From Candidatus Lustribacter sp. (GTDB lineage Bacteria > Vulcanimicrobiota > Vulcanimicrobiia > Vulcanimicrobiales > Vulcanimicrobiaceae), in NCBI GenBank assembly GCA_965277805.1, contig OZ255842.1, positions 3,424,001-3,488,000 on the forward strand: a stretch of 64,000 nt of DNA. Reading direction: 5' to 3'. Shown here one piece after another: positions 9,285 through 19,624 of this stretch. Below the pieces are notes generated by a model that was not told the origin of the DNA, ran no database searches, and saw only the letters and a program-made list of their open reading frames with translations. Position numbers and translations under genes: made by a program. The stretch's first letter is position 1. Each line of letters opens with the position of its first letter.

Positions 9285-10091
9285 GTGGAAAAGCTGCTGA
9301 TTCCCCATTCGTGCGGCTATGCCGACGTGAACGGCATTAAGCTCTACTACGAGGTGCACGGGACGGGTGAACCGCTCGTTCTTCTGCACGGCGGCCTGAT
9401 GACGATCGGCGAAATGTCGGCGCTGCTCGAACCTTTGGCAAAGAACCGCAAGGTGATTGCAGTTGAGCTGCAAGGACACGGTCGCACGGCGGACACCGAG
9501 CGTCCGGTTTCATTCGAGATCATGGGCGACGACATTGCCGCGCTGCTCGACGAGCTCGATATTCCGAGCGCCGATATCGTAGGCTTGTCGCTCGGCGGCG
9601 CCGTCGGTTTGCGCACCGCAATTCAGCATCCGGGAAAGGTCCGCCGGCTCGTCGTCATTTCGAATCCGTGTGCCAAGCGCGGATGGTACGCCGAAGCGCG
9701 CAAGGGCATGGGGAACGTCGGCGCAGCGATGGCCGAACAACTCATGCAGATGCCGACGGGGAAATTCTCGCTGCGATGGCCCGAACCGGAACGCTTTCCG
9801 CAGTTCCTCGACAAGATGGGCAAGATGATGGGCGCGACGTACGACTGGTCCGCCGAGGTGAAGAAACTGCCGATGCCGGTGCTGCTCGTCTTCGCCGACA
9901 ACGACTCGATTTCTCAAAAGCACATCGCGGAGTTTTTTGCCTTACTCGGCGGCGGCGTGAACGAACCCGGCTGGATAAACACCCAGTTTTCCAAGGCGGG
10001 CCTCGCAATCGTCCCCGGCTACAGTCATTATAATTTCGTGAAGGCGCCCGAAATCGCGCCGATCATCGACAAGTATCTTGCCTCTCACTGA
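9285..10091 (+). CDS. alpha/beta hydrolase
   Basis: LVLLHGG, ELQGHGRT, nucleophile motif GLSLG, C-terminal His (GYSHY). The GTG 9285 start is uncertain. Confidence 0.88.
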   Translation: MEKLLIPHSCGYADVNGIKLYYEVHGTGEPLVLLHGGLMTIGEMSALLEPLAKNRKVIAVELQGHGRTADTERPVSFEIMGDDIAALLDELDIPSADIVGLSLGGAVGLRTAIQHPGKVRRLVVISNPCAKRGWYAEARKGMGNVGAAMAEQLMQMPTGKFSLRWPEPERFPQFLDKMGKMMGATYDWSAEVKKLPMPVLLVFADNDSISQKHIAEFFALLGGGVNEPGWINTQFSKAGLAIVPGYSHYNFVKAPEIAPIIDKYLASH

Positions 10092-10909
10092 CGGAAAAAT
10101 GCAGTGACGAGGGCGTTGAATTCAGCCCGGCGCTCGATTTGCGTCCAGTGACCGCAGTGTCCAAAGATATTCAATTGGGCATTGGGGATCAGTTTGAAAA
10201 GCTCGTAGCTGACGTCGACTGGAATAACTCGGTCCTCGCGTCCGTGGACTAACAGGGTCGGCGCCGCGATGCGCTGGATGTCTTCAACCGGCGTTGCGAG
10301 ATCGTTCACGCCCTCTTGCCGCGGCGCGGGGAACATGCGGCTATACGATTCTTGAAATCCGGGCTGGATGCTCGCGGCGTAACGCAGCTCGACGAGGTCA
10401 TCCGTTACGATCGACCGGTCAAACGCGAAGTAATCCGCGATGAGTTGGCGCATCCGGCCGAGGTCGGGCTCATAACCCCATACCGCATCCAAGCCCGGCG
10501 TAATCGGAAACGGCAGACCCGTCGATCCGAGCAGCACCATCTTGTCGACGAGTTCCGGAGCGCGAACCGCTAGCGCGATGGCGAGCGCGCCGCCCATCGA
10601 ATTGCCGACGAGATGACAGCGTTTGATATTCTTTGCTTCGAGAAACGCCAGGATGTGCTCGACCCAGACGCTCTTGCTGTAACGAATTCCCGCCGGGCGA
10701 TCCGAATAGCCGAAGCCGAGCACGTCGAGCGCCAACACGTGATAATCGGCGGCAAACACCGGCAGCGCAAGGCGCCAATTCGCCCAGGCCGTTACACCCG
10801 GTCCCGAACCGTGGATGAACACCACTACATCGCCGGCGCCGGCTTCGTGATAGTGCGTCCGGTAGCTGCCGGCGTCGATGTAGTCGCCGGATTCCAGGGT
10901 GGTGTGCAT
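10085..10909 (-). CDS. meta-cleavage-product hydrolase (MhpC/BphD/XylF family alpha/beta hydrolase)
   Basis: HGSGPGV, GNSMGG, MFPAPRQ, HGREDRVIP, CGHWTQIE. Confidence 0.9.
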   Translation of the reverse strand: MHTTLESGDYIDAGSYRTHYHEAGAGDVVVFIHGSGPGVTAWANWRLALPVFAADYHVLALDVLGFGYSDRPAGIRYSKSVWVEHILAFLEAKNIKRCHLVGNSMGGALAIALAVRAPELVDKMVLLGSTGLPFPITPGLDAVWGYEPDLGRMRQLIADYFAFDRSIVTDDLVELRYAASIQPGFQESYSRMFPAPRQEGVNDLATPVEDIQRIAAPTLLVHGREDRVIPVDVSYELFKLIPNAQLNIFGHCGHWTQIERRAEFNALVTAFFRQ

Positions 10910-10919
10910 GGCCGTTAGC

Positions 10920-12452
10920 TTACGCCAGCGCGGTGAGTGCGGCCCCGTTCGGCGTGCCGAGGCCGGTACACGCATCCCAGCCGGGCCCGGCGGTATACGC
11001 ACCATTGTTCCCCGAGGTAATGTCGCGCAGCGCCGACGGGTTCGCGTACAAGATGGGGTTCAGCAAACCGAAAGGCTTGCCGGCGAGTTGATTGAGCCGG
11101 GCAACGAGCGCGGCCCACAGCGGCGCGACGGCGCTGGTTCCACCGATCACCGTGGACGAACCATCGACGCGTACCGCGTAGCCGGTTTCCGGATCGGCAT
11201 CGCCCGCCACATCCGGAACGCCGCGGCCGGTGCCGCCGTTTGCCGACGGCGGAACGTTTGCGCCGGCCTGCCACGACGGCACCGGAAACACGCTGCTGAT
11301 GCCGCCGCCCGTTGCACCGCCGGACGCGCCGTCGTTCCACACCACTTCAGATGCGATGACGCCGTTGGCGGCGCGCAGCGTCGTTCCGCCGCAAGCCAGC
11401 ACGTGCGGACTCGAGGCTGGAAAATCGACGTGCGCCTTGCCGTCGGTGACGCTGTCCGCCGATCCGCCGTCACCGGCTGCAACGCACACCGTGATCCCAA
11501 GCATCGCTGCGTCGGCAAAGGCGTCATCGAAGTTCGTCATCGCCTGTTGCGTCCACTCGGATTCTGCCGAGCCCCAACTGATCGAGATGATGTCGGGATG
11601 ATTCGCCGCGTCGTGTGTCGCCGTCGTGATCGCATCGAGAAACCCCTGATCGGTGTTTGGTCCGAAGTACACGACGACGCGCGCAGCGGGCACGAGCGCT
11701 CCCACCACCTCCACATCGAGGTCGACCTCGCCGTCCGGACCGCTCGCGCTCCCGGTCGGCGCGTTCGTGGCCTTATCGACGCTCACGCTCACGACGTCCG
11801 GCTCCGGGATGCCCAACGACGAAAAGTATGCGCTGAGGTCGGCCGCTTTGTAGCCGCCACCGAGCTCGATGAGCGCGATCGTCTGCCCCTGGCCGTCGGC
11901 ATTTGCCGGAAAGCCATAGAGTTCGCCAAGCTGTGGAGGCGTGTACGACACTTCGACAGCCTCAGGCGTCGCAATGCGAAAGTGCGTGCGCGCCTGCGGC
12001 CGCTCATCCAAGCCGAGCACGCCGGTGATCACGCCATCGAGGCCGGCCGGAACGGACAGCGCGCCGCTCCGCGCGCGGAATTCCGCGCCCTCAGATTTGT
12101 AGCGCCGAAGGTCGGTGCCGAACGCCGCATTAAGTTGTGTGACCGTTCCTTCGACCGTGACCATGCGCCGCTTAGCATCGCTCTTCTGCACCACGAGACC
12201 AGCCTGCCGCGCAAATTGCTCGACCAGTTTCAGATCCTCCGGGCGCGCGCCGCGCAGCTTCGCGAGTTCTTCCCGGCTGAGATAACGGCGCTCACTCAAC
12301 GACGCGGTGAAGGCCTGCGGCGACGGCGCGCTCGCCGGACGGACGAGAATCGTTACGCTCGTTCGCTCACCCGGGTCGGCAGCACCGATTTCGTCGGCAG
12401 CGGGACGCGCGCGTTCACTCCCCGCGATCGGAGTAGCATCATTCTCGTTCAT
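10920..12452 (-). CDS. S53 family peptidase (kumamolisin/sedolisin-like) with pro-domain
   Basis: GEVDLDVE (Glu/Asp), SISWG, AAGDGG oxyanion Asp, PDVAG, GGTSAVAP (Ser), GWDACTGLGTP. Confidence 0.95.
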   Translation of the reverse strand: MNENDATPIAGSERARPAADEIGAADPGERTSVTILVRPASAPSPQAFTASLSERRYLSREELAKLRGARPEDLKLVEQFARQAGLVVQKSDAKRRMVTVEGTVTQLNAAFGTDLRRYKSEGAEFRARSGALSVPAGLDGVITGVLGLDERPQARTHFRIATPEAVEVSYTPPQLGELYGFPANADGQGQTIALIELGGGYKAADLSAYFSSLGIPEPDVVSVSVDKATNAPTGSASGPDGEVDLDVEVVGALVPAARVVVYFGPNTDQGFLDAITTATHDAANHPDIISISWGSAESEWTQQAMTNFDDAFADAAMLGITVCVAAGDGGSADSVTDGKAHVDFPASSPHVLACGGTTLRAANGVIASEVVWNDGASGGATGGGISSVFPVPSWQAGANVPPSANGGTGRGVPDVAGDADPETGYAVRVDGSSTVIGGTSAVAPLWAALVARLNQLAGKPFGLLNPILYANPSALRDITSGNNGAYTAGPGWDACTGLGTPNGAALTALA

Positions 12453-12479
12453 CGGCGAACACGTACCCACGTCGGCTGC

Positions 12480-13889
12480 TCACCGCACCGCTCCGGCCGG
12501 AAGCACGTTGCGGAGCCGGGAAGCGCTCGCGAGCATTGCTATGAACGCGCACCCGCGCCCCAGCCAGAGCGCAGCATGAGCGGCCGGCGCAATCGAGGCG
12601 TCGGCTGCTGCGCCCGTGAGCGACGTCCCGAACGCCGCGAACGTGATCGCAACGAGCGTCGCGCCTACGGCCTGACCTGACTGCCGCACCGCAGCGAGCA
12701 CACCCGAAGCGCTCGAACTGAGTTCGCGCGGTGCGCTCGTCATCAACTCGCGATCGTTGGGCGATTTGAAGAGACCGAAACCGATTCCGCACACGGCGCC
12801 GGCGACGATAATCTGGAACGTTGCCGCATGCAGCGGTATGACGGCATAGAGCGCGAGCCCGCAACTGAGGAACCCGAGCCCCACCGTCGCCAGCAGACCG
12901 GGCGAGAAGCGATCGGAGAGACGGCCGGCCAGTGGAGACGTCAACCCGAGCATGATCGGCCACGAGATCATCAGCAATGCCGAGGCGAGCGGCGCCGCGC
13001 CATAAACCCGCTGAAACAGATACGGAAGGCTCACATACGCGAGCGCCTGCGCGGCGAACCCGGCGAACGACGTCGCGCCGGCCAACGAGAACGCCGGTAT
13101 ACGGAAGAGCCGTACGTCGAGCATCGGCCGCGCCAAGCGCGTCTGCCGCCGCAGAAACCAGCCGAATGTAAGCGCTCCCACAACGAGCGATGCCGCGGTG
13201 AGCGTCTGCGAGCCGTGGCGCGCAAACGAACCTAAGCCTGAAATCAACAGCGCAAAACCGAGCGCGCTCGCCACGGCGCTCGCCATGTCGAGGCGGCCTT
13301 CATTCCGATCGTCGCGCGGCAACACACGATTGAGCACGACGTTCGCGACGCCGAACGGAATGTTGATCGCATAGATCCACATCCACGGAGCGATCGCGAG
13401 GATGAACCCGCCCAGCGCCGGACCAGCCGCGGTGCTGACAGCAACGATCGTCGCGTTGATCCCGAGCGCCCGCCCGAGTTGGTCTCGTGGGAACACCTCG
13501 CGGTAGAGCGCCGGCGTAATCGCGAAGATCGCCGACGCGCCGATCCCTTGCAGAACGCGTCCCCCGAGCAGCAATCCGAAGTTATGCGAGAGCGCGCATA
13601 GCGCCGATGCGACGATGAAGGTGATGACACCCAGCCGGTACACGCGCGCCGGGCCGTATAGCTGGCCGAGCGCCGCAAAGGTGAACAACGATGCCACCGA
13701 CGCGATCTGGTATGCGTTGACGATCCAGATCGATGTGGCCGGCGCGATGTCGAGGTCTCGCGCGATCGCCGGCAGCGCCGTGTTGGCGATGTTGACGTCC
13801 ACGGTTCCCATAATGGACGCGAGAGCAATCGCTACGACCGCGAGCCGTCGCTGCGGCTGTGGCAGACCGTCGGCAACAGCTTCCGTCAC
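12480..13889 (-). CDS. MFS transporter, DHA2-like
   Basis: VDVNIANTALPAI, WIVNAY, GRVLQGIG, GPALGG, INIPFG; many hydrophobic segments. Confidence 0.92.
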   Translation of the reverse strand: MTEAVADGLPQPQRRLAVVAIALASIMGTVDVNIANTALPAIARDLDIAPATSIWIVNAYQIASVASLFTFAALGQLYGPARVYRLGVITFIVASALCALSHNFGLLLGGRVLQGIGASAIFAITPALYREVFPRDQLGRALGINATIVAVSTAAGPALGGFILAIAPWMWIYAINIPFGVANVVLNRVLPRDDRNEGRLDMASAVASALGFALLISGLGSFARHGSQTLTAASLVVGALTFGWFLRRQTRLARPMLDVRLFRIPAFSLAGATSFAGFAAQALAYVSLPYLFQRVYGAAPLASALLMISWPIMLGLTSPLAGRLSDRFSPGLLATVGLGFLSCGLALYAVIPLHAATFQIIVAGAVCGIGFGLFKSPNDRELMTSAPRELSSSASGVLAAVRQSGQAVGATLVAITFAAFGTSLTGAAADASIAPAAHAALWLGRGCAFIAMLASASRLRNVLPAGAVR

Positions 13890-13892
13890 GAC

Positions 13893-14615
13893 CTACGGCT
13901 GTATGTCGGCAACGAGGAAGGCTGCGGCGGCGATCAGGTAGTTCGCGCTAATTTCGTTCCAGTTGGCGAGCGTCGCCGGATGGGCCCCGATCATCGGCAC
14001 CCAAACCAAGACGCCGAAGAGCGCTACCATGACGCCGAGCAGGCGCATCGCGACCGACGCCAGGCGATTGATGAGCATCGCAGCTGCCGCAAGCGCAAAT
14101 GCGACCGTCGTGAAGTTCGTCCAAAACACTTGGTTCGGCAGCATCCACACCGGCACCAAGCTCGCGGTGTATTGGAGATAGACGACCTGCGCCCACGCAA
14201 ACGACACCGCGCACAAGCCGAGCGCAATGCGCGTTATTCGCGCGAGTACGACCGCCCGTGCCGGATTCGTCTCAAGCGCAGCGTACGACGCGAGTGCACC
14301 GCAGACAATCGCCAACTGTTCGAAACCGTCGATGTAGCCGCCGGGTTCGCCCGGAGCGGCGATGATGCTGCCGAGGCACGCGAGGACGTACAATCCGTAG
14401 GCGCCGGCGAGGGCGAGCGATGCCGCGCGCGCGGTCCCCGGAATGATGATCGCGACGCCGCCGGCAACTTGTACGATAACGACGCACCAGCCGACGATCG
14501 TACCCCCCGGCCAATGCAGGGGCTGCAGACGCTGCCACATATCCGAATCGCGCCAGACGAGCGCAACGACGCCGAAAACGATCGAGAACACTCCGAATAC
14601 GATTCGCCCGGACAT
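13893..14615 (-). CDS. membrane protein (DoxX-like)
   Basis: About 8 hydrophobic segments, LVPVWMLP..FW motif; ATG 14615 follows AGGA. Family call from memory. Confidence 0.65.
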   Translation of the reverse strand: MSGRIVFGVFSIVFGVVALVWRDSDMWQRLQPLHWPGGTIVGWCVVIVQVAGGVAIIIPGTARAASLALAGAYGLYVLACLGSIIAAPGEPGGYIDGFEQLAIVCGALASYAALETNPARAVVLARITRIALGLCAVSFAWAQVVYLQYTASLVPVWMLPNQVFWTNFTTVAFALAAAAMLINRLASVAMRLLGVMVALFGVLVWVPMIGAHPATLANWNEISANYLIAAAAFLVADIQP

Positions 14616-14706
14616 TTGACGCCCGTTCCTGAGATCGTATGCCTGTCCTGTCCTGGCGGTAGACCGAGCAAGGGCCTCGCTTGACCGGCGCCAATCTGCC
14701 AACGTC

Positions 14707-17706
14707 GTGCGGACTTTTGCAACCGGGCACCATGCCGATCAGAACCCGCGTGCCCGGGAGGATGCAGAGGCGGTAGTTCGCCGATTGCGTGAAGGTCAGT
14801 TACGCTCGGCCCGTTCGCTCGCGGCGCAGGCGCTCGAAGCGTCCGTGGGCGACCCCTACGCCGCCGGCGCCGCTTTGCTCGTCGCGCAAGCGACGGCCGA
14901 TCCCACGCTCGTGAGCGGCGTCGATGCGGCAGCGTGCTGGGAACGCGTGCTACGTGACGACGACGTTGGCGCGATCGCCTTCTTCGGCGGCGCCTATGCG
15001 AGCACGATCGGCGACGCATTCGCGGCGCGCGAGATCCTGGAGGCAGTATTCAGCCGGACGCCGCCGGTCGCGTCTTCGATCGAAGCGTTGCTGGCCGCAG
15101 CCGAGTGCGGTGACCGCGCTCTAGCGGCGAACGTGCTCGAGCGCATCGACACGATCGCCGCCGATGCGCCGCCCGAGCTGCGCGGCATTGCGGCGCACGC
15201 GACGGCGCTCGTCGGACGGGCCAGAGATGATAACGGCGCAACCCGTCCTGCCGCCCAAAAGGCCCAGCGCGACTACGCGCGCGCCGGCTGGGCATATTAT
15301 GCCGCGCGTGCGGCCGAACTCGCAGGCGACGTGCGCTCGGCGCAGAGCGCATACCGCCGCGCCGGTGCGGCACACGACGTTGCCCGGCTCGCGGCCGCGG
15401 AACACCCGAATGCGACCGACCCGCTTTCGAGCTTAGCGCGGCGTGAGCGCGACGTCGCGGCGCTGATTGCGGCCGGGCTCGCCAACAAAGAGATCGCCGC
15501 ACGCTTGAACATCAGCGTCAAAACGGTCGAAAAAAACGTCACCGCGATCTACTCAAAGCTCGGCGTCACTCGCCGCGTCCAGCTCGCGCGACGGCTAGCG
15601 CCGAAGCGCGATCGCCAAACCGTCACGACCGGCAACCTGCCGACACCCCTGACGTCGTTCATCGGACGCGCCGAAGAACTCGCCGATCTGCACGAGCGCG
15701 CGCGGCGCAACCGCTTGCTTTCGCTGGTTGGACCCGGCGGCAGCGGTAAGTCACGCTTGGCGTGCGAAATCGCACGACGCGAAGCCGGCACCTACCCCGA
15801 CGGCGCCTGGTTCGTCGACCTAACCACCATTGCCGAAGCGAGCGGAGTGTGGCCACTGCTTGCGGCAACGCTCGGCATCCCGCGCGATCCGCAGCGCGCG
15901 CTCGATGCAACCGTAACGGCGTGGCTCGCCGATCGCGTGATATTGCTCGTCCTCGATAACGCGGAGCATCTGCTGCCGGCCTTCGGACGCGCGGTGTACG
16001 CGCTGCTCCAGGCCGGCCCCGGCGTGCGCATCGTGATCAGCTCGCGCGAACGCGCCGGCGTATTCGGCGAGAACGTCTTTCGAGTCGGACCGATGCGTCA
16101 CACGGACGGGACCGCGTTCTTTCGCGAACGCGCAGCGGCCGCCGGCACGCCGCTCGCAGACGAACGGCTGGCCGGAACGATCTGCGATCGCCTCGACTGC
16201 ATTCCGCTCGCGATCGAACTTGCGGCGGCCCGCCTCTACGATCTCTCGATCGAAGCATTGGCGAATGCCGTCGAGGGCCACGTTCCGGTGCTCGCGACTG
16301 ATGACGTCGGCATCCCGCCGCGGCATCATTCGATCGACGCGCTGGTCGAATGGGGCTACCAGCCGCTGTCGGCCGCCGCCCAACGAGCGTTTCGTGGTGC
16401 CGCCGTCTTCAACGGCGCGTTTCCGCTCGCTGCAGCGGAAGCACTGCTCGGCGCCGATGCGCGCACCCATCTCGAACGGCTCGGCCACGCCTCGCTGATC
16501 GAAGTCTTGCCGTCGGGCGGCTATCGCATGCTGCAGGTCGTGCGCGACGTTGCGCTCGCAAAACTGCGCGCGCACGGTGACGACGGCGCCGCCTTCAGGA
16601 ATTTCGCTGCCTATTACGACGAGCTGCTGGCCATCGCCGACGACGAATGGTTCGTGCGCCCGATCGCTGCATGGCTCGAACCGCTCAAGGGCGACAGCCA
16701 TAACATCCTCGCCGCGATCCACTGGGCGCTCGGGCAAGAACGCGATCTCGAGCGCGGCGTTCGCATGACCGCCAACGCCGCCCGCATCTGGTCCGAACTG
16801 GCCCGCGAACCCGAGCTCGAGCCGTATCTGACGAAAGCCTTGCGCCACGCGGAGACGGCATTGCCGCGCGTACGCGTACGGCTCTGGCTCGCCCGCTCGC
16901 GCGCGCTCGATATCATGCGCGCCGGTGCGCAAGCGGTCGAGGCCTCGCGGCACGCATTCGCCGACGCGCTCGAAGGCGGCGACGCGGTCGACATCGCGAT
17001 GTGCCGGCTCGCGATCGGTTCGGCGTCTGCGACCCTGCGCGATATCGCGACCGCGCGCGAACATCTTGCCGGCGCACTCGCGATGTTCCGCGAGCAGCGG
17101 CTCAAACGGCCCGAAGCCTCAGCGCTCACCGCGCTCGCAATCATCGCCGAAACCGACGAGCAGCGCGCGGCCGACTTTCGTGACGTCCTCGCGATCGCGC
17201 GCGCGCTCGACGATCCGTTGCTCGAAGCGATCACGCTGAGCAATCTGAGCATCGTATCGACCGCACTTGGCGAAAGCGAGACGGCACGCGGGTTCTCGCG
17301 CGACGCGGCAGCGATCTTCGAGCGGCTGGCAGCGCCGATGCGGCTGGCCCGCGCACGCATCGACCTCGCGCGCGCCGAATTCGCCTGCGGAAACCTCGAC
17401 GGCGCGGCCGAGGCAGCCGGCGCCGCACTGCATTACTTCGCAAGCCTCGGCGCGCCGCTGCTGCGTGCAGAGTGCGCGACCTGGATCGCTAAAGCGCTAG
17501 CCCCGAACGCGCCGGAACGTGCAGCGCGTTTTTGCGGCTATGCGGCGTCGATGCGCCGGTCCGGCGGCGACGACGCGAGCGATCCGATCGACGATGCACT
17601 GCGCGAACGCTTGGGCGCGGAACGGTTCACCGAACTGGCATTGGACGGCAGCGCGCTCGACGCAAGCGTGCTGCTCGACGAGCTCAGTGCTTCCGGAGCA
17701 AACTGA
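14707..17706 (+). CDS. LuxR-HTH + NB-ARC/STAND ATPase + TPR-like transcriptional regulator
   Basis: LARRERDVAALIAAGLANKEIAARLNISVKTVE (LuxR HTH), GNLPTPLTSFIGR, GPGGSGKS, LLVLDNAEH, CIPLAIELAAAR, helical C-terminus. Confidence 0.9.
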   Translation: MRTFATGHHADQNPRAREDAEAVVRRLREGQLRSARSLAAQALEASVGDPYAAGAALLVAQATADPTLVSGVDAAACWERVLRDDDVGAIAFFGGAYASTIGDAFAAREILEAVFSRTPPVASSIEALLAAAECGDRALAANVLERIDTIAADAPPELRGIAAHATALVGRARDDNGATRPAAQKAQRDYARAGWAYYAARAAELAGDVRSAQSAYRRAGAAHDVARLAAAEHPNATDPLSSLARRERDVAALIAAGLANKEIAARLNISVKTVEKNVTAIYSKLGVTRRVQLARRLAPKRDRQTVTTGNLPTPLTSFIGRAEELADLHERARRNRLLSLVGPGGSGKSRLACEIARREAGTYPDGAWFVDLTTIAEASGVWPLLAATLGIPRDPQRALDATVTAWLADRVILLVLDNAEHLLPAFGRAVYALLQAGPGVRIVISSRERAGVFGENVFRVGPMRHTDGTAFFRERAAAAGTPLADERLAGTICDRLDCIPLAIELAAARLYDLSIEALANAVEGHVPVLATDDVGIPPRHHSIDALVEWGYQPLSAAAQRAFRGAAVFNGAFPLAAAEALLGADARTHLERLGHASLIEVLPSGGYRMLQVVRDVALAKLRAHGDDGAAFRNFAAYYDELLAIADDEWFVRPIAAWLEPLKGDSHNILAAIHWALGQERDLERGVRMTANAARIWSELAREPELEPYLTKALRHAETALPRVRVRLWLARSRALDIMRAGAQAVEASRHAFADALEGGDAVDIAMCRLAIGSASATLRDIATAREHLAGALAMFREQRLKRPEASALTALAIIAETDEQRAADFRDVLAIARALDDPLLEAITLSNLSIVSTALGESETARGFSRDAAAIFERLAAPMRLARARIDLARAEFACGNLDGAAEAAGAALHYFASLGAPLLRAECATWIAKALAPNAPERAARFCGYAASMRRSGGDDASDPIDDALRERLGAERFTELALDGSALDASVLLDELSASGAN

Positions 17707-19591
17707 GGCTGCCCGTACTCGTGACGCCGAATACATAGGCGATCTGCGTCTGGCTCGAGATGATGCCGGTCGCGAAGCGATAGTTGCTGTCGGTCTCCGT
17801 GTACGCCTGGCAGACCCAGCCGATACCGCCCGGCACGTAGTAATCGGTCTGCGTGCGAACGCGATACTGGAAGTTCGGGACGCGCACCGCGGCCTGCTGG
17901 TTCACGATCTCCCACGCCTGCGTCGCAATCGTCGAGGGAACGTTGCACGACCCGGGGATCGCGACCAGTGCCTCGGTATAGGTCCATGAGTAAAGCGGCT
18001 GCATCGGCGACCCGCCACCCGGGTACCAGTCGGCCGCCGAATACGTGGCAGCCGGCGCGGGCGACGGGCTCTGCTGCACAACCGGGATCACGTCGCCCGT
18101 CCCCGGCGGAGTTGCAGCAACCGGCAAACCGATCGTCGTCGTGACGCCGCCTTGCACGTTCGTGCCGCTGCCATCGGCAGTTTGTGTCAGCGAAATCGAC
18201 GCGGGCGAGCTCTCGCTGAACGCTGTCGATCCGTCGGCGTTGATCTGGAACGTCGCGGTTTCTGCCTGCGAGAACACCTCGGTGAACGGCACGGAGTTGT
18301 TCGCCCAGGTCGTACTCACATGGGGCAGGACGTCGTCTTCCCACGCACCCGGATTCGGGTAGGTGAAGAGCGTGCCGACCGTGCCGGCAAGGCTGCCGGT
18401 CATCGGCGAGGTGAAGCCGTCGTTGTTGGCGTCGAGCTCATTTTCGCCGTACCGGTAATAAATCGCGCCGGTGGACGTGAGCGTGTACGCCCGATAATCG
18501 TCGAGCGTGGTCATTTCAGGCGTTGCACTCGTTACCGGCGAGGTCTGTGTATACGTGATCACGTGATTGGTATCGGAGGTCGAGACGCCGTTGAAGGTCG
18601 CGCCGCCGTGTACGGTATCCACGGCGCTGATCGTATAGGCGTAGGTCGATGGGCTCGGCGACGGCGTGCCATGGACGTTGTACGTGGTAATCGTTGCCGT
18701 GCCGGTGCCGTTGAGCGTGCGGCTGAGACCATAGCCGGCGAAGCGGTCGGCGATGTATTGGAAGGTGCCCGCGCTCGTGTTCGACGCCGTGACGCCGCTC
18801 GCGCTCGCGCCGATCTGCGTGGCGCCTACCGGCAGACCGCTAACGGCGAGCACTCCGGTATTCGCGTCGCTCGGCGCATAGGTGAGCGTTACCGCGCTGG
18901 CGGGCGACGTCACGCTCGTCGTCGAGAGCGTCGTGACACCGGACGTGTCGGCATTGGTCAGCGTGATCGGATTTGCATACGGGTCGCCGCCGACGATCGT
19001 CGCACCGCCGGCATCCTTCGCAGTGATCACCACCGGCAGCGCGGTCGCGTAGCCGCCGGGGATCATGCCGTTCCCATTGGTCACGCTCACTGCTATCGAG
19101 GCAACGACGCCGTCGAGCACGATCGGAATCGTATTGTTCTGCGCGATCGTGACGCTGCCGGCAACGGTGGCCGTCGAGAGCACGCTGCCGCTCCCGTTCG
19201 CACCGGCGAACAACGTCACCGCAAACGTGTCGTTGCCGATCGGCGCCGGGACGACGATCGCGCAGGCGAGGCCGCCGCCGGTGGTGCTGCTGCACGCAGG
19301 CGACGTCGCGCTGAGGTTCACGGTCGATGCGGGCGCAGGCGAGCCGGTTCCGTTCGCTACCGCGATCGAGATCGATTGCGCGTTCGGCGAAACGAACGCG
19401 GGGTTGCGCGCGTTCGCCGCAGCTGCGCTGCGCGGCGGAATGGTGAGCGTGAACGTTGCGGAGCGCGTGCCGGCGGCGCCGTGCGCAGCGTTTTGCGACG
19501 GCAGCGAACCGTTCGTGCCGGTGCCGCCGCCCCCGCAGCCCGCGACGACCGCCGCCACGAGCAGGCACAGCAAGACGAAATAACTACGCAC
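17684..19591 (-). CDS. secreted lipoprotein, Thr/Ser-rich beta-sandwich domains
   Basis: GGAGG RBS, GTG start, lipobox VAGC followed by GGGG; beta-strand-rich sequence with Cys pairs. Confidence 0.8.
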   Translation of the reverse strand: MRSYFVLLCLLVAAVVAGCGGGGTGTNGSLPSQNAAHGAAGTRSATFTLTIPPRSAAAANARNPAFVSPNAQSISIAVANGTGSPAPASTVNLSATSPACSSTTGGGLACAIVVPAPIGNDTFAVTLFAGANGSGSVLSTATVAGSVTIAQNNTIPIVLDGVVASIAVSVTNGNGMIPGGYATALPVVITAKDAGGATIVGGDPYANPITLTNADTSGVTTLSTTSVTSPASAVTLTYAPSDANTGVLAVSGLPVGATQIGASASGVTASNTSAGTFQYIADRFAGYGLSRTLNGTGTATITTYNVHGTPSPSPSTYAYTISAVDTVHGGATFNGVSTSDTNHVITYTQTSPVTSATPEMTTLDDYRAYTLTSTGAIYYRYGENELDANNDGFTSPMTGSLAGTVGTLFTYPNPGAWEDDVLPHVSTTWANNSVPFTEVFSQAETATFQINADGSTAFSESSPASISLTQTADGSGTNVQGGVTTTIGLPVAATPPGTGDVIPVVQQSPSPAPAATYSAADWYPGGGSPMQPLYSWTYTEALVAIPGSCNVPSTIATQAWEIVNQQAAVRVPNFQYRVRTQTDYYVPGGIGWVCQAYTETDSNYRFATGIISSQTQIAYVFGVTSTGSLSLLRKH

Positions 19592-19624
19592 GACGATCCT
19601 CCGCGGGATGGGACGCTCGCACCG

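Noticed and set aside
10899-12680. 593-aa + strand ORF
   Set aside because: Antisense shadow of the S53 peptidase.
14707-17706. Anti-phage STAND (Avs-like) defence gene
   Set aside because: It carries a LuxR HTH and regulator-type NB-ARC motifs, with no nuclease, TIR or SIR2 effector.
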